Shown one piece after another: positions 18,546 through 27,748 of a stretch of 64,000 nucleotides of DNA (positions are counted from its first letter, which is position 1; every line of letters starts with the position of its first letter). This stretch comes from Alteromonas naphthalenivorans (GTDB lineage: Bacteria > Babelota > Babeliae > Babelales > CAIQNR01). The stretch spans positions 20,012-84,011 of the forward strand of contig JBLICC010000001.1 of assembly GCA_047631715.1 (NCBI GenBank), written 5' to 3'. The translations under genes were made by a program, and so were the position numbers. The notes below the pieces were generated by a model that saw only the letters and a program-made list of their open reading frames with translations, searched no databases and was not told the DNA's origin.

Positions 18546-19196
18546 ATGAAACCAGTATCATTACAGAAACAGAGCGTCGCATGGTTCAAATTAGCTGAAT
18601 GTGTGGGGCGTGGAGAAAAAGAACGAGCTTTGAGTTTATTACGTCTTTTAACCTACTCTCTCGATAACAAACCATTTGTTAAGCAATTAGAAGCAGACAT
18701 ACTTTCATTTTTCGAAGATTCTCAGGCATTAACAGAATATGTAAGCGCGGCTCATATGTTCTATAAAGAGGGTAATGTCATAGAAGCGAGCGCAGTGTAT
18801 GAAAAGCTTATTGCGCTTGAGCAAAAGACAGAATTCTTAGAAAAAATTGTTATGCTTTATTCGGAACTTAAAGATGAGAGCAAAATTGTTTATTATCAAA
18901 AAAAGCTTTATTTAAAATATCTTTCTAATGGATTTGTTGCAAAAGCGATTGCGGTTCTCAAAGTATGCGAAGATCAGCTTGATGGAGCGGAAAAAATAGA
19001 TATGTATAAAAAGCTTATCTTTGCCGCTATCACCCATAAATATACACAGCAAAAAACCATCACAGAGTACTTGTATAAAGTTCTGGATGGTTTATTACGA
19101 TTCGGTTCAGATGCGGAACTTCAATTATTTCTTTCTGATCTTAAAGCGCTTAATGCCATGTGGCACAAAGATGCCGCTGAGTATTTAAAGCAATAA
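18546..19196 (+). CDS. Hypothetical helical protein (216 aa)
   Basis: ORF with an AGAGGT SD. The composition looks helical or TPR-like. No family recognised. Confidence 0.45.
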   Translation: MKPVSLQKQSVAWFKLAECVGRGEKERALSLLRLLTYSLDNKPFVKQLEADILSFFEDSQALTEYVSAAHMFYKEGNVIEASAVYEKLIALEQKTEFLEKIVMLYSELKDESKIVYYQKKLYLKYLSNGFVAKAIAVLKVCEDQLDGAEKIDMYKKLIFAAITHKYTQQKTITEYLYKVLDGLLRFGSDAELQLFLSDLKALNAMWHKDAAEYLKQ

Positions 19197-19198
19197 TG

Positions 19199-20296
19199 TT
19201 AAAGTCCTAACTCTTTTAAGAACTCTTCTAGTTCGGTTCTTTGAGATGGGTTTCTATTTTTTAAAACATCTTCTTTTGTTCTTTGTTCTGTTAAAATTAA
19301 ATTTAATAATTCTTCTTTCTTTTCTTGGCTTAGTGGAGTTGTTGCAGGTGCCGCAGCAGATGCAGCTTGGATGGCTACTGCTTTAGGGTTAATAGGTTTT
19401 GCTAGTGGGCAAGCTTGGCAAGAAAGTGTTTCATCAATAGTTATTTTTGCGTTAGTAGTTAACTTAAATAGTATAGCTCCGGCTTCTTTTTGGTTTGCCA
19501 TTAAACTTACAATACTTTGTTTTTTATTTTGTTTTGCTGTTTTTTCTAAAGTTGCTTGTAAGGTGTTAAAAACTTTTACTATTCCATGATTACCGTTTGG
19601 TGGATCTGCAAGAGCAAAAACAATGTTGGTGTTCTTTGTATCTTCAAGAAGTGATTCTTCAAAATCTTTACTCGAAGGAATAGGTATAATTTTTGTATAC
19701 CCTGTATCTTTTTTTAGTTTTTCTAAAGATTTCTGTACGTTTGCAGCAGTATATTGTGATTCATAAAGAGTATCTATCAAATATATATATATGTTTTCAT
19801 TTTTTATACCTAATTTTGATAAAGCGGAAAGGTATAAACTGTCTTGCAATAAGTATCCAGAACCTAAACTAATATAAGAAAGGGAGTCTTTTTGTTCGCA
19901 TGTATGAATCGTTTGCAATGTCATAATAAGAGCATTATAAACACGTTGCGGAATTCCAATACAATTACAGGAAAATAATTGTGGACCTGCTCCGGAAATG
20001 AATTTTCCTGAAGGAGTTAAGTTTTTTGCACCTATTTGTTTAAATAGAAATTGTATAAGAGTGCTGAGTGATTTGTTTTTATCTTTAAAGTAATCGGTTT
20101 TGTGTAACGTATTTATCTGATTTTGTTCAGAGGCGCTATTAAGCGCATGATACAGTTCTTCTGGATTAAGATTATGTTCCCCGTGTTCTTTTGATAGTAC
20201 ATAGTGGTTAAGTTGAGCAACGTCTCTTTTATTGAGTGCTGCATGAGCTACAAAAGGTAGTGTTAGTAGTAAACTTAAAAATAGTTTTTTCATCAT
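19199..20296 (-). CDS. Hypothetical secreted protein
   Basis: The ORF-track N-terminus MEVK is really the GGAGGT SD; the likely start is MMKKLFLSLLLTLPFVAHA. A weak Rossmann-like LGSGYLLQD...IYLID pattern was not trusted. Confidence 0.5.
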   Translation of the reverse strand: MMKKLFLSLLLTLPFVAHAALNKRDVAQLNHYVLSKEHGEHNLNPEELYHALNSASEQNQINTLHKTDYFKDKNKSLSTLIQFLFKQIGAKNLTPSGKFISGAGPQLFSCNCIGIPQRVYNALIMTLQTIHTCEQKDSLSYISLGSGYLLQDSLYLSALSKLGIKNENIYIYLIDTLYESQYTAANVQKSLEKLKKDTGYTKIIPIPSSKDFEESLLEDTKNTNIVFALADPPNGNHGIVKVFNTLQATLEKTAKQNKKQSIVSLMANQKEAGAILFKLTTNAKITIDETLSCQACPLAKPINPKAVAIQAASAAAPATTPLSQEKKEELLNLILTEQRTKEDVLKNRNPSQRTELEEFLKELGL

Positions 20297-20325
20297 TTTA
20301 ACCTCCATGGTTATTTATATTGTTT

Positions 20326-20367
20326 AAAAATAAGCACATAAGTAATTAAACTCATGTGCTTATTTTA
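20326..20367 (-). terminator. Putative intrinsic terminator after the 20372 gene
   Basis: A 13-bp AT-rich stem, AAAATAAGCACAT (20327-20339) pairing with ATGTGCTTATTTT (20354-20366), with a 14-nt loop. The U-run is partly within the stem. Confidence 0.4.
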
Positions 20368-20371
20368 ATTC

Positions 20372-21361
20372 TTATTTATTATCTTTTTGTATAGTCATTT
20401 TTGCTCCTGTAACCTTTGGCTTCGCTGGATATTTATTATCTTGTTGTATAGTCATTTTTGCTCCTGTGAGATGATATTGTTCTCTTTCAGGCATCTCAGT
20501 TAGGCGGTCCGTTTGATATTCGCCATAAACAGCATGAGTAGATGTTATATTTTTAGGTTGAGCTTGATTGTATCTCTTCCAAGCTTTAGTACCTTTCATA
20601 AGTGCTTTAAGAGATTTTGATACCTCTAAAGCATTTTGGTATGCCTTCCAAATAAGGTTTTTATGTAATGCTTTTCTTGCAACTGCATATGTTGGATGTG
20701 CTTGTTTATATGCTGCAAATTCGGTTGGATTCATTAAGCTTCCATTTATATTAGCAAGTCCTGTTCCTACATCATTACGTTTATGTGTTGTTTTTATAAG
20801 TGGTTGATCTTCTTGATTTTGACACATACAAGTTATGTGAGATTTGGTACATGAACAGTTATAGCATGTTTTTTTATAGCTACCTTTAACGCACTGTGTA
20901 CCTTTGGTTTGTTGTAGTAATGTTTCTAGAATTGTATCTGGATTTGGTATTTCTACTGATGTATCGATAGGATCAATCGCATCGGCTTTTGTTTTAATTC
21001 CTATTGGGTTCGGTTTTGTTACATCAGCACATGCACATGTTCTTCCTTTAACTTTACCTTTAGTAGTTTGATCTTGCATTCCTGAGGTCCATGTTTTGCC
21101 TATTTTTTTACATGCGGCGTTACAGGTATTTTTTGAACATGGATAACTAGCATAAGATTTTCCAGAACTTTGCTCTATCTTATTACACTTCATGCCAATA
21201 GAAACGTGTGTAAAATTACTATAAGGATTAACATAAGGTTTAGAGGGATGTGCTTTTAAATATGCACGTTCTGCTGGGGATTGATAAACAGGTCCATGTG
21301 GTGCGGGCATTTTGTTTGCTACCAGTAATAGTGCGATTCCTAATATAAGTTTCTTCATCAT
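20372..21361 (-). CDS. Secreted Cys-rich protein with a C-terminal 19-aa tandem repeat, hypothetical
   Basis: GGAGGT SD, then MMKKLILGIALLLVA. Many Cys residues (CSKNTCNAACKK, CYNCSCTKSHITCMCQ). TGAKMTIQ(Q/K)DNK is repeated with a 57-nt period (20375-20410 and 20432-20467). Confidence 0.5.
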   Translation of the reverse strand: MMKKLILGIALLLVANKMPAPHGPVYQSPAERAYLKAHPSKPYVNPYSNFTHVSIGMKCNKIEQSSGKSYASYPCSKNTCNAACKKIGKTWTSGMQDQTTKGKVKGRTCACADVTKPNPIGIKTKADAIDPIDTSVEIPNPDTILETLLQQTKGTQCVKGSYKKTCYNCSCTKSHITCMCQNQEDQPLIKTTHKRNDVGTGLANINGSLMNPTEFAAYKQAHPTYAVARKALHKNLIWKAYQNALEVSKSLKALMKGTKAWKRYNQAQPKNITSTHAVYGEYQTDRLTEMPEREQYHLTGAKMTIQQDNKYPAKPKVTGAKMTIQKDNK

Positions 21362-21711
21362 TCTAACCTCCAAGGTTATTTTGAGTTTAAAAGCATGCGA
21401 ACTGTTCGCATATAATAGTTAGGATACTAAATTGGATGACTAAGAAGCAATAGTTTTATAGTCTAGAGCTTATATTAGAATGTATTAAGCTTATTTTTAA
21501 ATTATACCTCCTATTGCTCTTTGTGTTCTACGGAATATCGAGGGCAATTTTTTTGATTTAAAATAAGCTTAAAATGCTTCGATATAAGCTTTAGGAAGTA
21601 AAGCTCTTGTTTTTGGTATTCCCGTTATGCTATCTTGAATATTCAAACTTATCATGGAGGTAAGTAAACAAACTTCTCCCAATTAAAATAGTGGAGAAAA
21701 AGGAGGTTAGA

Positions 21712-22179
21712 ATGAAGAAGTTAATGTTAGCAGTGGCGCTTTTGTTTAGTGCGGTTGGTTCGGTACAAGCAGTGAGTAAAGCATCTACTAGCTGTAAATC
21801 TATCAATGCAGGACAATTATTTTGGGATACAAAAGACGCTCTTCCACATGATAAAAAAGGTGGATGTTATGCTGTATGTGCAAAACAAAAAGTAAATAAA
21901 AAAGTTAGTGGATGGTGGCAGGGACCCCATTCAAAAAATTCCTTAGCTAAATATACAATTTGTCAGTGTTGTGAGGTAGCAAAAACTATACCTGTAAAAA
22001 CAGAACAAGTTTTTTTAACTGCAAGTGATAGAGACCCTGCTACTCCATCAGATAGAAAAGGTGGATGTTATGCTGTATGTGCAAAACAAAAAAAATATAA
22101 GTTTTATAAAGGTAATTGGAGTAAGAATAAGAGTAAGAAAGGCTCTGTTTGTCAGTGTACGAATGTAAAACCTAAATAA
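21712..22179 (+). CDS. Small secreted Cys-rich protein with an internal duplication, hypothetical
   Basis: AGGAGG SD, then MKKLMLAVALLFSAVGSVQA. A 36-nt perfect repeat (21856-21891 and 22057-22092) encodes KGGCYAVCAKQK twice. Confidence 0.5.
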   Translation: MKKLMLAVALLFSAVGSVQAVSKASTSCKSINAGQLFWDTKDALPHDKKGGCYAVCAKQKVNKKVSGWWQGPHSKNSLAKYTICQCCEVAKTIPVKTEQVFLTASDRDPATPSDRKGGCYAVCAKQKKYKFYKGNWSKNKSKKGSVCQCTNVKPK

Positions 22180-25100
22180 TTACGTTTGTAATTGAACTTT
22201 AATATTAAATTGCTCTAGCTGTTCTATTATTGGAATGTCTAGGGCAATTGTTTTTTTAGTCCGTAATGTTAATGATTTTCCATTTTCATGAAACGCAATA
22301 TGCAATGGAGCTTTGCCTTTGGGTAACAGCTCCTGAATTTTTTCTATGTCAGGAATATCTGTAATAGGCAATTGAAGGGTGATAGAAGTGAATTGCTTCC
22401 ATTCTTGAAAGAACAGCTCTATAGGCACCATCTCGCTTGCCAAAATTTTGCATTTTCCAGGGCTGCCTAAATCTGCATTACCTTTAACAACGAATACTGT
22501 GTATTCATCAAGCCATGCTTCTATCTTTTTAAAGACCGATGGAAACACTACAATCTCTGCGGTTGAACTGTAATCTTCTATTTGTACAAACGCCATGCGA
22601 TCACCTTTTTTGGTGTTGATTACACGTTTGCCTTTGATGAGTCCAAAACCTGCAATGGGAATATCTCTAAGGGTGTTTACCTGTTTTGCTTTTTCGTGCG
22701 AAACGGCAAAGGGTTGCATAGTTAAACGTTTGAGTTGTTTTTTGTAACCATCAAGTGGATGGGCACTTAAATAAAAGCCAACAACGTCTAATTCTTTTGC
22801 TAATTTTTCTTTATCTGTCCAGGGTGCAAGTGGTTGAAACACATAGGGTTTTAATCTTCCGGCAGCAACATCGGGAGTATCGAATAATCCCATTTGGCCA
22901 GTTAAAAGCGCATGCTTTCTTTCTACTGCAGTTTCGATAATAATAGAAAACTCTGCAGACTGTTGTGCACGGTTTCCTGGAAGAGTATCGAATGCTCCAG
23001 CATAAGTAAGATGCTCAAGAACACGTTTGTTTACGGTACGCAAATCAACACGTACACATAAATCTAAAAGATCGGCGAATGGTTTTTCTTTTCGTTGCTC
23101 AATAATATTATGCAATGCAGAAAGACCAACATTTTTTATACCTTGAAGACCAAATAAAATTTTTCCATTATGTGCACTAAAATTAACATCTGATTTATTA
23201 ATGTTAGGTGGCAGAATTTCTATCTCCATTTGCTTTGCTTCTTCTAGATAAAAAGAAAGCTTTTCAGCATTGGTTGATTCGAGCGAAAGTAAACAAGCCA
23301 TAAATTCTGTAGGGTAATTAGCTTTTAAGTAGGCGGTTTGATAGGCAATAAGTGCATAGGCTGCAGAATGTGATTTGTTAAAACCATACCCGGCAAAAAA
23401 GGCCATAAGATCAAAAAGTTCTTTTGCTTTTTTTGGATCAACATTTAATATTTCTGATTTTTCTACAAATATTTTTGCCTGCTCAACCATGACTTCTACT
23501 TTTTTCTTACCCATGGCTCGACGCAAAATATCCGCTTCTCCAAGAGAGTATCCGGCTACGATAGAAGCAATCTTCATAACCTGTTCTTGGTACACAATAA
23601 CACCATAGGTTTCTTCAAGAACTTCTTCTAGTTGCGGCAATAAATAGGTAACTTTTTGGCGTCCATGTCGACGCTCGATATAATCATCTACCATGCCAGA
23701 TCCTAATGGACCAGGTCGATACAAAGCGTTTACTGCAATAATGTCTTCGAACTTATCCGGATGCAATTTTCGCAATACTTCTTTTAATCCGTCAGATTCT
23801 AATTGGAACACGCCAGAAGTATTACCTGCACAAATGAGTTCAAATGTTTTTTCGTCATCAAGAGGCAACATATCAATGTCGATTGTTACACCATGATTTT
23901 TTTCGATCATTTTAACAGTGCGGTCGATCAGTGTAAGTGTTTTGAGACCTAGAAAATCCATCTTTAAGTAACCGATGCTTTCTAGTTCTGTCATGGCATA
24001 TTGCGTTACCAAGTCATCTGATTTTGCAGGGATATAGACAGGTAATACATCGTCAATACGATAGGGAGAAATAACAATACCCGCAGCATGTTTAGATGCG
24101 TGGCGTGTTAAACCTTCTAAGCGCTCGGCAACTTCAAAAAGATGTGCAACTTGTGGATTACCGTCGATCATATCTTGTAATCGAGGTTCTTGTTCTTTTG
24201 CTTCTTTAAGAGAAATGTTTAATTGGTTTGGTATTAAACTGGTAAGTGCGTTGGCATCTTCAAAAGGTATCGAGAGTACACGAGCAACATCTTTTAAGAC
24301 GCCTTTTGCCATCATGGTACCAAAGGTAATGATTTGGCAAACTTTATCGTGTCCGTAGAATTCTCGTACATAATCGATAACTTTTTCTCGGCCTTCGATA
24401 CAAAAATCGATATCGATATCAGGCATCGACACACGTTCGGGATTTAGAAATCGCTCAAAAAGTAAATTGTATTTGAGTGGATCGATATTGGTAATTTGCA
24501 ATGCCCAGGCAACAAGTGCACCTGCAGCAGACCCACGACCAGGACCAACAGGTATTTTTTCTTTTTTTGCCCATTGAATAAAATCACCTACTACCAAGAA
24601 GTAACCAACATAACCCATTTTTATAATTAATTTTATTTCTAGATCAAGACGTTCGTGATATTTTTCTCGTTCTTGCTCGGCAATAAAACCTTTTTGAAAC
24701 AAGAGCTCTAAGCCTTGTTTACATAAATGTATAAAGTACGATTCTTCTGTGTACTGTTCAGGAACCGGAAAGTTTGGAAAGTGTAGTTTTCCCATTTCAA
24801 ATTCAAAGTTGCACATGTCAGCAATTTTACCTGCATTCCAAATTGCGCTTGGATGATCTTTAAATTCTTCGATCATTTGATCGGGAGTGCGCATGTAGGT
24901 TCTGCAATCACCAAATGTAAATCTGCCAGGATCACTTAATTTTCCATGTGTTTGGATATTGAGCATCACCTCGTGTGCTTCGTGATCAGCCAAAGTAGGA
25001 TAGTGGCAATCACCGGCTGCAAGTAAATTGAGATCGCGTTCTTTGGCAAGAGCATATAAATTTTGATTTAACGTTACTTGTTCTTCTTGGTCTTCTGGTT

Positions 25101-25620
25101 GTACTTCTAGATAAAATCTCTCTTTGCCAAAAACGTCTAAGAACCAATCGATCTGTTTATGTACACCTTCGATGTCATTACGTTTATACAGTTGTGCAAT
25201 ATGCCCACCCAAGCAAGCTGTGGTAACAATAAGGCCTTCTGAATGTTTTTTTAGAATTTTATAGTCGATACGAGGTTTAAAATAAAAACCTTCATTAAAG
25301 GAGAATGCAATAAGTTTACAGAGATTTTTATAACCAATTTCGTTCTGAACCAAAATGATCATGTGATAGTATCTGTTATCAGTAGATCGAACGGCAGCAT
25401 CTTCTGTAATATATGCTTCCATGCCAAGAATAGGTTTAATTCCTGCCTTTTTACATTTTTGGAAAAACTTTACTGCACCAAAAATATTACCATGGTCAGT
25501 AATGGCCAAGGCTTTTAAATTGTGTTCTTTTCCAAATTCAATGAGTCGATCAAGTTTGATTGCGCCATCAAGAAGGGAAAATTCTGTATGAAGGTGAAGG
25601 TGAGTAAAATGTTGTTCCAT
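22180..25620 (-). CDS. dnaE: DNA polymerase III alpha subunit
   Basis: 1146 aa. N-terminal PHP domain (HLHLHTEFSLLDGA...ITDHGN), polymerase core (PDIDIDF, GRGSAAGALVAWAL) and a C-terminal OB region. Confidence 0.95.
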   Translation of the reverse strand: MEQHFTHLHLHTEFSLLDGAIKLDRLIEFGKEHNLKALAITDHGNIFGAVKFFQKCKKAGIKPILGMEAYITEDAAVRSTDNRYYHMIILVQNEIGYKNLCKLIAFSFNEGFYFKPRIDYKILKKHSEGLIVTTACLGGHIAQLYKRNDIEGVHKQIDWFLDVFGKERFYLEVQPEDQEEQVTLNQNLYALAKERDLNLLAAGDCHYPTLADHEAHEVMLNIQTHGKLSDPGRFTFGDCRTYMRTPDQMIEEFKDHPSAIWNAGKIADMCNFEFEMGKLHFPNFPVPEQYTEESYFIHLCKQGLELLFQKGFIAEQEREKYHERLDLEIKLIIKMGYVGYFLVVGDFIQWAKKEKIPVGPGRGSAAGALVAWALQITNIDPLKYNLLFERFLNPERVSMPDIDIDFCIEGREKVIDYVREFYGHDKVCQIITFGTMMAKGVLKDVARVLSIPFEDANALTSLIPNQLNISLKEAKEQEPRLQDMIDGNPQVAHLFEVAERLEGLTRHASKHAAGIVISPYRIDDVLPVYIPAKSDDLVTQYAMTELESIGYLKMDFLGLKTLTLIDRTVKMIEKNHGVTIDIDMLPLDDEKTFELICAGNTSGVFQLESDGLKEVLRKLHPDKFEDIIAVNALYRPGPLGSGMVDDYIERRHGRQKVTYLLPQLEEVLEETYGVIVYQEQVMKIASIVAGYSLGEADILRRAMGKKKVEVMVEQAKIFVEKSEILNVDPKKAKELFDLMAFFAGYGFNKSHSAAYALIAYQTAYLKANYPTEFMACLLSLESTNAEKLSFYLEEAKQMEIEILPPNINKSDVNFSAHNGKILFGLQGIKNVGLSALHNIIEQRKEKPFADLLDLCVRVDLRTVNKRVLEHLTYAGAFDTLPGNRAQQSAEFSIIIETAVERKHALLTGQMGLFDTPDVAAGRLKPYVFQPLAPWTDKEKLAKELDVVGFYLSAHPLDGYKKQLKRLTMQPFAVSHEKAKQVNTLRDIPIAGFGLIKGKRVINTKKGDRMAFVQIEDYSSTAEIVVFPSVFKKIEAWLDEYTVFVVKGNADLGSPGKCKILASEMVPIELFFQEWKQFTSITLQLPITDIPDIEKIQELLPKGKAPLHIAFHENGKSLTLRTKKTIALDIPIIEQLEQFNIKVQLQT

Positions 25621-25662
25621 AGTTGTTCTAGTTTACGCGAGTGAAATTTTAGCGCAATAGTT

Positions 25663-27738
25663 TTATCGTAATTCTATAAAGTTTATACTTGTATCAACTC
25701 TACCAAGTGTACCGTTTTCTACACTGTTGGCAGTAAAGGTCATGTGACCTCCGGGGTTAATAATGGCAGCAGAAGGATCGGTATTTAATGTTATTACGGT
25801 ATCGCTTTTGGGGCTTAGAAGCACAGAACCAAGATACGTTCCACCAGTAAAAGATGTTGCAGAAGTATCGTACTCAACAGCAGAAAAAGGATTGGCGGCT
25901 GTATAGTTTGCTCCTACAAGGGTGGTGCCAACATACACGTTGTAACTTACTGTTTTTAAATGACTCGAAGCATAAAATCCCAAATTGATTTTTGTGTACG
26001 TATTATTTATTTTACCATCGTGCACTAATTTGTTACGCAGCGTTATAACAGGAATTTCTGTATCATTTACAGTTTTATTACCTTTTATGCCTCCTCGTAC
26101 ACCTAGATAGGTTTCTTTACCATCTATAAATCCTGCAGATGACCCAGAGAAAATAGTTAAGTTTGAGGTGTTGGTTGTGTTAGATACGCTATAAAAAAGA
26201 GGAAGTTGTGGAATGGCGATGCTAGGGATTGTGTGCGCATTTGAGTATCTATCAATATGGGCTTTTTCTAAAACTCCTGTAAAGGGGTTTTCTATAGAAT
26301 AGACAATTGCTCCAAAGCCAAGCCACTGCCAGTGAATTTGATAAATATTACCTTTGGTTGGATCGAGTGTTACGTTGCTATTACCTGTACCATCAAATTT
26401 ATCGATGTTCCAACTACTTTGTGGGGTAAATGCTTCTGAAGGGGAAGAACCAGTTACGGTTTGAGTAAAAGTTCCTTCGCAAGATGAGGCATTGGTAAGT
26501 GAGTAGGTACCCGTGTGGGTAGAAACTGCATCCCAAGATAGAAAAATAACCGTATCTCCTCGCGCTTGAGCTGTCCATCCTTTGCCAACATCTGTGTAAT
26601 CTGCAGCAGCAATTTCGTTTGCTGTTATTGTGGCGTCACTAGAATTAGTTACAGAGACATTATTTTTTATAACATCATCAAGTGTAATGATAATGGTTTC
26701 TTCGTCGGAAGAGGCTGTTGAGACAGTAAGTGTACGTACTTCGGGCGAGCCTCCGCTTCTTCTCATAACTCCAAAGACATCATCTTTATAGCCAAAGAAA
26801 AAACCATTAGACTCGGTTCCTGCACCTATATATTGAGTTGATCCAGTTACTCCTGATGAAAAAATACCACTCATTCTACAAGATGATCCTTGACCAGGAT
26901 TATAACTAATTCTACCAGTAGATACAGCGAGTGCGGATGAGTAAGGAGCGGCACCAGAAGACATTTTTAGCATGCTGTTTTCTGTGGTTATAACTCCATT
27001 TTTATTTGCTTTAGAGGTAACAACTCCTGGATGAATGCCATACATGAAATCTAATTGTAAAATTGGTGTTAGTTCTGCTACTGCTATTTCTCCAAAAGCG
27101 GTATTTGAATTTTTAATATTAACAGACAGAGAATTATCTGATCCAATTAATACGTTTTCGTAATTGCCAGCGGGGTTTCTACCGGCGATTACGGAACGCA
27201 CATTTTCTATATCAGTTGTTGCAGTTAAACCTTCTTCTAATCTACCAGTTAAACCTTTTGAGGCTTGTCTATGAAAAAGAACTTGTAATCTTAAAGCTGT
27301 TTGGTCGATTACTCCATTTGCGTAGCGCGCTCTAAAAAAGCGTGTTATAGGAATAACTGAATGAGGAGATTCTAAAGTAGGATCAATAATAAATAATGTA
27401 GTTGAATTATCCCAATTAGTACCGTCGGGAGAAAATTCTAAATATAATGTACCCGTGGCGGTGCTTGGTTCGGCATGAAAATCGGTAGTAATCAAACTAA
27501 ATTCTGATATATCTAACGTTTCGCTTACGTAGGTAGTGTTTGCAGCAAGTGGAGTTGTTTCAGGTGTATCATATAACATGTAGCCAAGAGAGCGCTTTAT
27601 ATCTGTGTTTTTAAGAATGTTTGATTCGGGTTCTTTTGCAGATGTTGAGGCAATTGTTTCTATTTTTTTTAGTGAAAGTTCTTTGCTGAATGAGGTCGAG
27701 TAAAATGACAAACTTAAAAAAAGAAAAACCCAAATCAT
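25663..27738 (-). CDS. Secreted jelly-roll protein (691 aa): one discoidin-like domain plus the ~500-aa C-terminal module shared with the 1214-aa neighbour
   Basis: Has a signal peptide. TATGTLYLEFSPDGTNWD...FFRARYANG..TALRLQVLFH follows the F5/8 type C order (S-x-DG-x-W ... R-Y-x-R-I ... L-R-x-E-L). The C-terminal module aligns with the neighbour (AFGE.AVA, FFFGY, RTLTVS, ANEIAAADY.DVGKGWTA, YQI..QWLGFGAI.Y.IE). Confidence 0.6.
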   Translation of the reverse strand: MIWVFLFLSLSFYSTSFSKELSLKKIETIASTSAKEPESNILKNTDIKRSLGYMLYDTPETTPLAANTTYVSETLDISEFSLITTDFHAEPSTATGTLYLEFSPDGTNWDNSTTLFIIDPTLESPHSVIPITRFFRARYANGVIDQTALRLQVLFHRQASKGLTGRLEEGLTATTDIENVRSVIAGRNPAGNYENVLIGSDNSLSVNIKNSNTAFGEIAVAELTPILQLDFMYGIHPGVVTSKANKNGVITTENSMLKMSSGAAPYSSALAVSTGRISYNPGQGSSCRMSGIFSSGVTGSTQYIGAGTESNGFFFGYKDDVFGVMRRSGGSPEVRTLTVSTASSDEETIIITLDDVIKNNVSVTNSSDATITANEIAAADYTDVGKGWTAQARGDTVIFLSWDAVSTHTGTYSLTNASSCEGTFTQTVTGSSPSEAFTPQSSWNIDKFDGTGNSNVTLDPTKGNIYQIHWQWLGFGAIVYSIENPFTGVLEKAHIDRYSNAHTIPSIAIPQLPLFYSVSNTTNTSNLTIFSGSSAGFIDGKETYLGVRGGIKGNKTVNDTEIPVITLRNKLVHDGKINNTYTKINLGFYASSHLKTVSYNVYVGTTLVGANYTAANPFSAVEYDTSATSFTGGTYLGSVLLSPKSDTVITLNTDPSAAIINPGGHMTFTANSVENGTLGRVDTSINFIELR

Positions 27739-27748
27739 AATAATCCTT

